Below, piece after piece: positions 1 to 10,349 of a stretch of 64,000 nucleotides of DNA (its first letter is position 1; the number at the start of each line of letters is the position of its first letter). This stretch comes from Diplonema japonicum (Eukaryota > Protista > Euglenozoa: Diplonemea), in the NCBI GenBank assembly GCA_964019335.1, contig OZ025684.1:248001-312000 (forward strand), read 5' to 3'. The translations under genes were made by a program, and so were the position numbers. A model generated the notes under the pieces. The model was not told the origin of the DNA, did no database searches, and worked only from the letters and a program-made list of their open reading frames with translations.

Positions 1-3000
1 TGCCGTGAAGTGCTCAGCGACGAGGATGCCCGACCGTCCCCTGGCTTCGAAGTAGTTGAGACCATCTTTATCAAGCTCGTGTTTTGTTGCAGGTTCCCAA
101 AGCTCAGACGCAGAGCTCACAATGCACAACGCTTTGCACACAAGCCGTGCCGTTAAAAGGTCGCTGTGCGAAAGGTACGCAACGACGCCCTGCCACAGGT
201 CGCGCGACAGCAGGGACGTCGAGCTGTAGCAAAACGGCGCATACGACTCGTACGGTAGGAGGAGCTTGTTTAGGGGGGAGAAAAACATGTTTTGAGGAAG
301 GGAAGGGTCAGCATCGTGCGAAAGAAGGAGCCGTGTGAGCGACGGGTCGTGCTGGAGTGCAAGACCAAGCGGGCGGCATGCCAGTAAACCATGAAGGGAG
401 TAGCAGCTTTTAGGGTCGCATTCCGCGTAGCAGACATCGTTAGCAGGATCTCCTTGAAGAGCATCCAGCAGGTACGAGGTGAGGTTCAGGTTTCCGTGTT
501 TGACAGCGATGGCCATCGGGCTCTGCAGAACAGAACTCTTCGTTTGATGGAGACCCGACCACACGTTGTTTGAAAGCAGCAGCTTCAGGTTCCCAAACAC
601 AACGTCCCTGCCAGGTGCAAAGCCGATACTGTTCGTGAAGCATTGGTTCTTCGCAGTGTCGTAACTGCACAGAAGCATCACCGTCTCGTTTACCATGTTG
701 CTTGTCCCATGGTTGGACCACGGCCACTCGGGGCACGCTTCATCGATCACACAAAACGACGCAGCAGCCCATGTTGCTTCACGGAACCTTTCCACTTTCA
801 ACAGAGCCGACAGCACCTCCTCAGGGAAGTACATCACAGTGGACGCCACTGCCGCGATGTACCGCAGGCTAGCCCCAGACATGAACTCGACTGCCGATCG
901 GATCTTGCCCAGGGACAGCATGTAGAACAAGCGCCCGTCAAGTGTGCGGGAATCATTTTCATGGCCATAGAGTAACTTCATGTGGGGGTGTCCGTCAGGT
1001 AGGTAACGCATCGCTACAGCGACGGCCTGCCTCCGTTGTGTGTCTGCCTCGATTATGTCGCACGCAAGGTTGACGTGTTTAGCACAGCTTGCATCCAGCC
1101 CGCCTAGCCACGCAGTGCACCCTTCCATCGATGCTCCGTGTTCAAACAGGTACGTACACACATCTGTGTGTCCCTTAGCCAGGCCCACGTGCATCGCTGT
1201 TTTCCCGTTGCTGTCAAGCAAGTCGAGGCACCTTGACCCTTCAGCCACCGCCCTTACAACTTCCATGTCGCCACGTTCTGCTGCGATGTGCAGCGGTGTC
1301 TGAAAACGGTAGTCACGCGCCTCCCACAAATTGGAGTCCGTTTTTAAAAGCTGGGTAATCAGCGCAGCGCAGCCCACCTTTGCAGCTTCATGCACCAGAG
1401 TCCTGCACGCGATGTGAGCTGTTGAGGGGTCCTGTGCCCAGCCCACTGACAGGTCAGCGGCGGCTACCTGTGCAAGCTCCTCGCACATTAATGACCTGTT
1501 GTGCAGAGCTGCAAAGAGCTCTGGGTAGGCTTGCATGCCTGTCAGAGTAATGCGCACGTCGTACTTCACGTCTGGAAGCGACTCCTTTAAGTGCTCCATG
1601 TCACGGAAGGATGGGTTGGAGGTTCCTATCAACGAGCACAGCACACGTGGATGTCTATGCAGACTGGCTGTGTACACATCCTTGAGGGTGAGGTCTGCCT
1701 CCTCCTCACGGGGTATGGGATCGGACCTGACGAACTGCCACGCGACGCACTTGGGGAGAAGCTCTCTGAAAGCAGGCTGTGCTTCTAAAGCTGAGCGAAC
1801 GTCTGAGAGATTCGCAAAGGCACCCACACCACCCTCTGCCTCGACGAGGATCATCCTATGCACGCTGTGGTCAAGCGAGACGGAGAAGGCAATGCCCGGG
1901 GGGTACTGCAGCGCACTAGCTTCCGAAAGCAGATCGTCTATCTCATGCAGGGTTTCGTAGTATTCTGCGAAGGCCGCTTCGTGCCGGACGAGAGCATCCG
2001 CTTTTCTTTTTCGGTTCCTTTGCAGGGCGATGCACACACGGGCTTCATAACTCCCAAGCACGACGGGTGCGATCTGGTGGGCGTCGGCGGGACCGTCGAG
2101 GGTTTCAACAGAAGAGCAGTCCTCGCTGCAGCTCATGACTATCGTGATAAGCTGTTTGACAGGGTTGCGCGGGGTATTAATGTAGATAGGCTGACCAGGA
2201 GTGAATCGACGGACAGGGCGACCAGTGGGGTGTGTAGGGGCAGCCTCTAAGCTCTGCAAACGGCCATTGCACAACCCATCCTCCGAGATCGTTGCCTCCA
2301 CCGCTGCACGCATTCGGACAACAACCTCGCCAGGGAGGGCAGGGACGACCACCTCGGGGAGTGACGGTTGGTAACAAACGATAGAATTCAACGCAGCATC
2401 GCATTCCCGCATTGCCTTATGCCGGAGACACCCGAAGATATAAGGCATTCCATGTTTCAAGGCAAGCATTGCCTCGTAGAGTATACCGCTAGAAGGGGCG
2501 CTTCGTTTTAACTTTTCAAGAGTAAGGTTTAAAAGAAACATGCTGCAAGCGGAAACCTCACCAGCGGCAGTCAGCATCTCGAAGGGACTCCGTGTACCGT
2601 CGAAGAACTCTGCTAACACCGCTCGCATTTTCTTATGTTCATGGTGGCTCCACTTGTATCTTGCCGCGCCCGTGATGGGGTAGAACCGCTTTCTTTCTAT
2701 CCAGGTTTGGGCAACACTGTTTATAACAAGGACTTCTATTCGAGGCCGAAAGGAATGCGAGAGAGTCGCTAAATCGTGCAAGGAAAGTCTGTTGATGATT
2801 TCGTTGTAGTTTTGCAGGGTTTTTGTGGCTTTATCAAGTATTTCCTCCAGTGGCAAGTTGGATATGAGTGGGCTTTGTACCTCGGTCTTTGCCTGCTCCA
2901 TGCCTATCTCTAAGGCAACGTTCCATCTTGTTGCTTGATCTGGGAGGTGTTGTTCTTCCTCTAATTCGTTTCGCTTCTTCGAAACCTCGGGTTTCATGGT

Positions 3001-3090
3001 TGCATTGTCCTCTTTCAACCTCGCCGCTTTCTTTCTCTTTGACACCATGCTCCAAAGACGGGTTCGATCTACTGTGTGTGTGTTCATCAT
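1..3090 (-). CDS. Ankyrin-repeat protein with C-terminal F-box-like motif (>1030 aa, 3' end outside the window)
   Basis: Manual translation from ATG 3090 (MMNTHTVDRTRLWSM...) stays open to position 1, so the ORF track missed it (no stop codon). Ankyrin repeats at ~1130-1405 (TLVHEAAKVGCAALITQLL / QTPLHIAAERGDMEVVRAV / GKTAMHVGLAKGHTDVCTYLFEHGA) and ~460-520 (SPMAIAVKHGNLNLTSYLL). F-box-like LSRDLWQGVVAYLSHSDLLTARLVCKALCIVSSASELW at ~97-213. Confidence 0.85.
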   Translation of the reverse strand, partial: MMNTHTVDRTRLWSMVSKRKKAARLKEDNATMKPEVSKKRNELEEEQHLPDQATRWNVALEIGMEQAKTEVQSPLISNLPLEEILDKATKTLQNYNEIINRLSLHDLATLSHSFRPRIEVLVINSVAQTWIERKRFYPITGAARYKWSHHEHKKMRAVLAEFFDGTRSPFEMLTAAGEVSACSMFLLNLTLEKLKRSAPSSGILYEAMLALKHGMPYIFGCLRHKAMRECDAALNSIVCYQPSLPEVVVPALPGEVVVRMRAAVEATISEDGLCNGRLQSLEAAPTHPTGRPVRRFTPGQPIYINTPRNPVKQLITIVMSCSEDCSSVETLDGPADAHQIAPVVLGSYEARVCIALQRNRKRKADALVRHEAAFAEYYETLHEIDDLLSEASALQYPPGIAFSVSLDHSVHRMILVEAEGGVGAFANLSDVRSALEAQPAFRELLPKCVAWQFVRSDPIPREEEADLTLKDVYTASLHRHPRVLCSLIGTSNPSFRDMEHLKESLPDVKYDVRITLTGMQAYPELFAALHNRSLMCEELAQVAAADLSVGWAQDPSTAHIACRTLVHEAAKVGCAALITQLLKTDSNLWEARDYRFQTPLHIAAERGDMEVVRAVAEGSRCLDLLDSNGKTAMHVGLAKGHTDVCTYLFEHGASMEGCTAWLGGLDASCAKHVNLACDIIEADTQRRQAVAVAMRYLPDGHPHMKLLYGHENDSRTLDGRLFYMLSLGKIRSAVEFMSGASLRYIAAVASTVMYFPEEVLSALLKVERFREATWAAASFCVIDEACPEWPWSNHGTSNMVNETVMLLCSYDTAKNQCFTNSIGFAPGRDVVFGNLKLLLSNNVWSGLHQTKSSVLQSPMAIAVKHGNLNLTSYLLDALQGDPANDVCYAECDPKSCYSLHGLLACRPLGLALQHDPSLTRLLLSHDADPSLPQNMFFSPLNKLLLPYESYAPFCYSSTSLLSRDLWQGVVAYLSHSDLLTARLVCKALCIVSSASELWEPATKHELDKDGLNYFEARGRSGILVAEHFTA

Positions 3091-4356
3091 CCTCTCCCCT
3101 CTTATTCCTTTTCGAAAGTGATCTCGGACGACATTTAAAAAAAAAATAAAGAAGATGGGGGAGAGGGGGAATAATAAAAAAAAAGAAGAAAAAAAAAAGG
3201 AGGGGGGGGGAAAAAAACAGAGAACAGCTTCCTTTTTTTCTTATTCAAAAGGAGGCCTTTTTTTTTTTTTAAAAAAAAAAAGAAATACTAAACGGTTATC
3301 CTCGCCGCAGTGGCACATCACACAGGGCAACATTAGGAAAACATCATGGGTAATAATTCACATAAAAACTTTAACAAGACTAAAATTTTTAATCACCCCG
3401 GTGAAAGTTTGTTGCAAAAGTGTTTGTGCACTTTGTACATATCTGAGTAAAGGACAGCGCAAAAATAAAAAAAAAAAAAAAAAAAGAAAGAAAGAAGGTT
3501 GCTTTAAACACGTTTTTGAACAATGATGACACGTTATTGAGAGCAGACATCGGGTCCGAGAAAAAAAGAAGAAAAAAAGAGACAATAAAAAAAAAAAAAA
3601 AAAAGAAAGATCTCCCTACTTAAGTCGGCAAAGGTAATCAAAAGAATTAATTAAATTTGAAAGAGGCAGATACAAAAAAAAAAAAGAGAATGAGAGGTGA
3701 AGGGAAAGGAAGGGAGTCCCACCCCTCTCTCGCGTGAGAGGGTAGGACAACAGCCCCCCCCAAGAAAAAATAAAAATGCGGTGCTTCTGTATGTTGGTTT
3801 CTTTAAAAAACCTTTAAAAATACATTTCGGCGGGGAATGAGAGGGAAAAAAAAGGGGGGGGGTTAAAGTACTTATTTGACCCCGCTTTGAATAAAGTACA
3901 AAAGTGCTGCCAACAAAATTACAACAAAACTGACAATATCTTTTTCTTTTTTGGTGCTTTTCGAAGTTCTTTTTTGCAGTTGGAATGCACACTCTAAAAA
4001 AAAAGCTTGGGGGGGGAGTCAAATATTTTCATAACCTTTCTTGCAATAGCATATTGTCAGCTATTTGCTAGCTTGTCACAAAGGCTTTTCCCGAAAACCT
4101 CCAAAATCTGATCTTTTGAAAAAAGAAAAATACGCAAAAACCGTTTTTCTGCGTTCTAAAAAAACACCTCCTGAAGTACAAACTCTGCGCAAGCACCCCG
4201 TTGTAGCAGAAGCGAAAAATGCATGACACAGTTAGCTTTTTTAACTTACACTTCTTATTTTACTGTTTTTTTATTTTTTTTTTTTTTTTTTTTTCCCCGT
4301 TGAGTCTGGGGGGGGGGGGGCATATTATATAAATAGGTCGAAATTTTTCTTTACCC

Positions 4357-4388
<32 letters not shown>

Positions 4389-4481
4389 ACATTTAAAAAA
4401 AACTCAAGGTGCAGGACAAACCCCCTCATGGAGGGCCGCCCTTCAAAAAAAAGGTTTATATAATAAGGTAATATATTATAT

Positions 4482-4845
4482 GAGCTCGTCCGGAAAGAAA
4501 ATGTCAACAATAACCCTCCTAGGAAGCAAAAAAACTATTTCTAAGTAGAAAAGTAGTCCGACACCACTTTGTGTGCAGCACCATATAGATCAAGATGGTT
4601 TGTTTTATTTTTAAAACGCGCGCGCAATAAAACAAAAGCGACATCGAAAATCTGTGAAACCTCTGGGGCCTCATAAAGGAAAAACAAGCATCGCAATTGA
4701 AAGAACGGCAACAGGTACACCATGTATGTGGTTGCTGCTCTTTTTTTTTTTCTAAATAATCAAAACAAAGAGATTCTTTCGAACTGCCAAAAAAAAAAAA
4801 AAAAAAAAAAAGAAAAAGTGTGGACGTTCAAATCCGGACGGGCTC
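4482..4845. mobile_element. MITE, internally deleted relative of the 10350-12368 TIR element
   Basis: Termini GAGCTCGTCCGGAAAGAAAATGTCAACA ... TCCGGACGGGCTC, with ATAT on both sides. Internal blocks (gacaccactttgtgtgcag, aaaatctgtgaaacct, aaacaagcatcgcaattgaaagaacggc) match both ends of the 2-kb element. Confidence 0.85.
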
Positions 4846-5333
4846 ATATAAATATTAATAAAAAGAAAATAATAATTTGGCTTTTATTTGTCGTTGTTGT
4901 TCGCACGCAGAGAAAAAAAAAAAGAGTCGGTTGATAATTGTTTTGTGCACAGCCGGAAGAAGATTTAAAAAAAAAAAACTAAATCTTTTGTAATAAAATC
5001 TTTTTTTTTAAAAGGTAAATAGATACTTGTAGTACAAAGAAGGGGGAGGGGGGAACAACAACAACAACAACAAGAAAGGAAACAGAAAAGGAATCGCTGT
5101 GAGAAGGCTGCAACCCCCCACCCGTCCAAAATAAGATTCTTTCCGAAACATCTCGCACAACAAACGATTCCGATTCATTTTCTTTTTTTTTTTTGTCTCC
5201 TTATCGACAATCAAGCATGCACTATAAATAAGGTGCATGTGCCGAAGCAGAATGCCAAGTGGCCCTAGGTGTTTTCGGTATTTTCTTTTTAGTCAGAGTA
5301 CGATGGCCTGGTTCGGAATTAGATTTAGAAGCC

Positions 5334-5374
<41 letters not shown>

Positions 5375-5562
5375 TTCGTTTTCTTTTCTTATAAAATGAA
5401 CAGAAACACTTATTATAAAGAAGAAGAAAGAGAAAAGAAAAGAAAAGAAAAAAAAGAACATTTGGGTCAGCGTTAATGCGTTACCAAAAGTCTCCTTATT
5501 AGGTAAAAAATTTGTAACCGTTTAGGTCCAGAAAAAAAAAAAGGAAGCAAAGAAAACAAATA

Positions 5563-5726
5563 TATAAAGAGTTAAAAGAGGCCGGTATTGGCGGTGCCCT
5601 GCACGAGAACTGTGCGCACCGCGGCCGAGTTGTAGCTTCTTCTGCGTTCCGCGTCGTGTCCTTAATGCGTGCGGTGTACGCTCAACACATCTGATGTACT
5701 TCTTTATATTTCCATGTTATCCCACC
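5563..5726 (-). repeat. Dispersed GC-rich SINE/SIDER-like repeat, family A (copy 1)
   Basis: The core ggccgagttgtagcttcttctgcgttccgcgtcgtgtccttaatgcgtgcggtgt recurs at ~8296-8563, ~23155-23282 (diverged) and ~49023-49229. Confidence 0.8.
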
Positions 5727-5979
5727 TGGAAAATCGCAGACGGCAGGGCTTGAACCTTATTCTTTTTTTTTCTTTTTTTCTTTTCTTTTTTTTTTATATT
5801 CCTTTTTTCTTTTTTTCCCCATTTCTTTTCTTTCTTTTTCAAAATTCTTAGAAGGTTACATAGAAAGAGAGAAGACAAAAAAAAAAAAAAAAAAAGAAAT
5901 TGCAAACCCTTTTTTTTTTTTTATAAAAATATTTTTTCACTCTGCTGCAATTAAATTACTCCATGTCTCGTGAGCAGCC

Positions 5980-6095
5980 TGGTAGTGAAGTAATTTCAGA
6001 GAGTGGTGAAAATAAAACCACTTACCTATCGTCTAGGAAAGACATTGCGCCGCCGAGAGTTAACGGTAAAGTAATTACCTGTTTCGTAAGTAAAC
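5980..6095. repeat. Dispersed repeat; inverted copy at ~9205-9320
   Basis: gaaaataaaaccacttacctatcgtctag at ~6008 matches the reverse complement of ttaggcgataggtaagtggttttatttc at ~9265. The flanks also align. Confidence 0.65.
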
Positions 6096-6149
6096 AGTAG
6101 ACTAAAAAAGTAGACTTTATTTATTTTCCCTTGTTTTGGCTAGAAACAT

Positions 6150-6449
6150 CAAAGTGGTGGCTGAATCTAAGAGAACATGTAAAGAACAAGCGTTTCTTCG
6201 GTCCAAATAAGAGATGACAAGCCAACTGAAGTGCTTGGGAAGACCGCATGCTCCCCAAACGTTGGCTCGTTACCGGGCCATACGATTAGCCGCTCTTGCG
6301 CTACGCAAGCCGCTGCCAGCGGGGCCACATCATCCCTAACTGGCCACTCTCTAGGATGGCAAAGCGAGGCAATGGCCAGGACGTACGTGGACCAAAGCCC
6401 ACTTTCTCAAGGCACAATGTGCGACAAGACCCATCCACCAAGCCAGTAG
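6150..6449 (+). pseudogene. Tyrosine-recombinase C-terminal relic (Crypton-like)
   Basis: With one frameshift it reads KWWLNLREHVKNKRFF/QIRDDKPTEVLGKT...LPGHTISRSCATQAAASGATSSLTGHSLGWQSEAMARTYVDQS. This fits the YR box II pattern GH-x-x-RRS-x-AT ... GW-x-S ... Y. Confidence 0.6.
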
Positions 6450-8295
6450 TAGACAGAGTCTGACTAGTTGCCCGACTACTAGTTCTCCCCTTTTTTTCCT
6501 TTCTTTTCTGCCATTATTTATTTTTTTAGCATGTCAAATATAAAACGTCCCCAACTAAAAAAAAAAAAAAAAAAACACTAGGTCGGAGGGCAAAAAAAAC
6601 GATAAATAAAATCACAGATTCTGCTTAATTTTACCAAAAATCAATAGTTATTATTTTCTTTTAACGATTTCAAGGTGCAACACAACACAAGCCACGAAAG
6701 GCGAGCTGCAACACCGACACGGAACGGAGACTGCAACTCACCAGCAGGCTAAAAGACACGTGTTGCAACAGTAGTAATTTAAATAAAAAAAAAAAAAAAA
6801 AAAAAAGGAGGAAAGAAAGAAATATCGCTCGCAACACTTTCTTCTGCAAGTGTGGCAAGATAGCCCGATCACAACAAATGAAATAGGATAGAATATACGA
6901 TGGGGGACGCTGTGCTCATACCCTTGATTTAGTGTTCAAGATTCAATAAACCCTTCGAGCCTTGGCCGCACGAACAACTTACGGATATGAGGCACCGACG
7001 AGATAAAGGCTGGCTGGTAACCAATGAAAGACAAACTCTGTGTCATTCACTTTTTTTTTTTTTTTTTTTTTTGTTCGTTTCTATTTTTTTATTACTCAAT
7101 GTTTACATTATTCACTACACCCAGCGAACCTTCTGTCACCTTCTTGAAAAAGAAAAAAAAAAAAGAAAAAAAGAGTCCGGCAGGTCCTTCGGGTACAAGA
7201 CGGGCGTCTATAGAGGGGGGCAAAGCAATATTTTTTTGTTTTGTACAAAGCCATTTTTCACCTACAGTAGGGATAAACGGGCAAGCTGCCTCTACTCTTT
7301 TTTTTTTTTTTCTTCTTACAAAGCTTTTGTATACCTTTGTTCCAGCAAAAAAGAAAAAAAATATATATTTAAACCTTAATTAGTCGCCGACAACAATAAA
7401 ATCTTTTGTTAAGAGTCGGGCCTCGAGTGGAAAAAAAAAAGGGGGGGCTTAAAGAATTATTCGGGCCCCCTTTATTTCACTCGAAGACAGAAAATTCATT
7501 AGTTTGTAGTGAACAACAGTAGTCCCCCCCCATTTTCTTCTCTTTTAACACAAGTACAGAAAAGTGTAGTGAAGTTTTCGTTCTCAAATAAAGGGGGGAG
7601 CTTTTATTTTTTTTAATTTTCTTCTGTTTTCTTTTCTTCTTCTTTTAAGCTAGAAATAGAACTTCGATGGGGGGCGGGGGTGGAAGTGGCCGTTATTCAA
7701 CCGTTGCACGTAGCCAAACATTACGCTTTTTTGTTGCTTAGACAAGTCAAAGACCTTCTTTGCAAAAAAAAAAAAAAGAGAAGAAGAAAAGAAAAAGAAA
7801 AAAAAGAGAGTCGGCAAGTCAGTATTTAGTTACAGGGTCCCCGGTTTCTGTCCGTGCTCGAGTAATCTCAATCCGCGTCCGACATTTTTTTTTTTTTTTT
7901 TTTTTTGGCACACGGTTTAAATCTTGCATGCTACCACTGTTCCAAAGAGGAAGAAAAAAAAAAAGAATTAAAATTATACACAGATAATAGCCCTATCTGT
8001 TTGGGTTAGATTCAGCATTGTTTGCACTTCGAAAAAAAAAAAAAAAAAAAGCCTTAAGATCTCTCAAACTGCTGGCCCATCTTATGTTTCTTCACAGTCG
8101 ACAAAAAAGTAATGTGTGGAGAAAAAGCCGATGAACACAGCAGTTCGTAGAAATCTCGCAATTGAATGAAAGAAAACATGCATTTAAAGATAAGCAAAAA
8201 CTTCTGGTTCTATTTTTCCAACAATAAAAAAAAGAAAAATGGGGCTTTGATTGCAACACTAGGTGGCGTTAAGCGTGCAATGAAGCACGAAATAC

Positions 8296-8563
8296 CTACT
8301 TGATTACAGGGGGCGCTCCTCGGCCGAGCAGTAGCTTCTTCTGCGTTCCGCGTCGTGTCCTTAATGCGTGCGGTGTGCTCAACCCTAGCCGGGGCGTCCC
8401 GGGTAACCAAGATTCTGCGCTCGTGCAGTTTGCTGCCTGTTCGTCACCCTGAGCATCTGCGTTACGTTCTTCCACTCGGGCGCTACCGGTGATGACCGAC
8501 GAGGAGGTCAACAGCGAACAACACATCTGATGTACTTCTTATATTTCCATGTTATCCCCACCA
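8296..8563 (-). repeat. Family A repeat (copy 2, longest)
   Basis: Near-identical to 49075-49229 and to both halves of 5563-5726. Confidence 0.8.
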
Positions 8564-8614
8564 CCGCAAAAAAAAAAAAAAAAAAAAAAAAAGAGTCAAT
8601 TATAGGTAGCCAAC

Positions 8615-9115
8615 CATATGAGTTAAAGCGAGGCCAGTACAAAACGAGATTTCCTGTTGGCCCAGCAAAAAATGGGCAACATTTCTCGAAGTCCAGTGCC
8701 AGCTCCACCGTCGTGAATCCGGTCACAAAAAGAAATCAGGGATAAAGGCCAAAAAGAATATATGAGTTAAACGAAAGTCTTTGTGAGACGCCCCCTTGTT
8801 CTCATCCTCTACCTGCACCTATCCCCTTCGTTCTTGCCCATTGTCCTTTCAACGCCTCTAGGTCATGCTTGGTCTTCGGTGATGCAAATATCGCCCTCCT
8901 GTTCCATCCGATCACCGCCTTTGTCCTCCCGATGGATCGTAGTGTGAGCACCCTTGTGCACGGCTCAGCTGGGAAGGCCCTCCTTCCTTTCACCTTCTTC
9001 AGTACCCTCCCTAACTCCCATGTGTGCTGTACTTCTGCGAGATCCCCCAGCTTCCCTCCCAGGGTCTTTCCTGGTCACGTTCTCGAAATCCAGTGCCAAA
9101 GAAATTCACCACCAC
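8615..9115 (-). mobile_element. 3'-terminal fragments of a non-LTR retrotransposon
   Basis: The peptides RRAFPAEPCTRVLTLRSIGRTKAVIGWNRRAIFASPKT (8802-8993) and FTTVELALDFE (~8690-8720) match the C-terminus of the 56517-57881 ORF (KNAFPANAKTRVHTLRHLGG..GCDRRTLFSSSQT; TTMELAVDYE). They end in TTTAACTCATAT on the minus strand. Confidence 0.75.
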
Positions 9116-9557
9116 AGGAAAAAAAAAAAAAAAAAAAGAAGAAAAAAAAAAGAGACATTTAAGGGTACCTGCGGTATGTGACAGGACGCCTGAATAAAAA
9201 AAAGCTTATTTTACTACGAAATAAGTAATGACTCTACCGTTGCCTTTGAGGCAGTAAAGTCCTTCTTAGGCGATAGGTAAGTGGTTTTATTTCACGGCTC
9301 TCTGAAGTACTTTACCATACGAGGGTAGAAGGAAAAATCTGCCTCATTCAGTATTGCTCTGCAAGATGCAAAGAAGAAAAAAAAAAAAAAAAGAGAAAGT
9401 AAAAACGCCTCTAGAAAAGGGTTAAATGATTTCTTTTTCTTTTTTCTTTTTGGTTTCTTTTCCCCCTTTTTTCTAGAGTGCCCGGGAGGAGTTAAAGAAA
9501 AGCATATATTATACGAAAAAAAGGAACAAATGTGAATAAAACAAAAACAAAAACTAA

Positions 9558-9680
9558 AAGAGTTCGGTTGATTGTTTTTTGTGCACAGCCGGGGTTAACC
9601 TGTAGAAGGATAAGCCCAACATTGCTTACTATACACTCTTTTTTCTTCTTCTTTTTTTTAAAACAATTTCATTGTCAAAT
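9558..9680. repeat. Family B short repeat with imperfect inverted arms
   Basis: Consensus gagtcggttgattgttgtgcacagccggggttaacctgtagaaggataagcccaacaatgctaccactactcttttt. Copies at ~4923, 9558, 23549, 35371, 35484, 58789, 58990 and 60530. Confidence 0.8.
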
Positions 9681-10349
9681 AAATAAACAACGTTTTCTGC
9701 TGCAGCTTTTTTTTCTTCTTTTCTTTTTTTCTTTTTTTTTTTTTCCCCTGTGTTTGATAGGTTGCAAAAACATCGCTGTTTTTACAGATTCCGATTCATT
9801 TTGGCAAATCTTGGCGTCAGTTTTCAACATCTACTGATTTCTTTTTTTTTTTTTTTTTAAATTCGTAATCCACTTTTTTTTTATGTAACTTCAATTTCAG
9901 CATCCCCGGGCTGTGGTATTCGCAGTTCAAAAAACCTTCCTCACTTTCGTGAGGATGAATATTTGTCAAAATCTTTTGAAGAGTTGTGTCAGGTTTTTTT
10001 CTTTTTTCTTTCTGGACCACAAAAGAAAACGTTGTTCGGGAGGGAAGAGGAACTGGCCGTTGTTTGTACGTGCCGGCCAAAAATTGCAAAGACAAATAGT
10101 TGATATAAAAGAAAAGTAATAAAAAAAAATTAAAAAAAAAAAAAAGGAAGAATAGGCCACTTACGTTGGTTTGTCACCTCATATTTTGGTAAAGTAGGTG
10201 GTACTTGTCAAAAGTTTCTAATGAACTCGATTTTCTTTTTTTCTTCTTTTCTTGTCAGAAGACCATATACTGGGTTCTGGCTTAGAGGCGTTCAGCCATA
10301 ATCCATCCAGTGGTAGCATCACTGTCAGTTTGCGGGTAAAGATATATAT

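Noticed and set aside
4401-4440. Short exact repeats (4401/24597; 9153/43534; 43041/58665) as snoRNA or tRNA genes
   Set aside because: I could not see C/D, H/ACA or cloverleaf features. They are treated as unclassified repeat debris.
3155-10160. Many short poly-Lys/poly-Phe ORFs
   Set aside because: They are translations of A/T homopolymer spacers.
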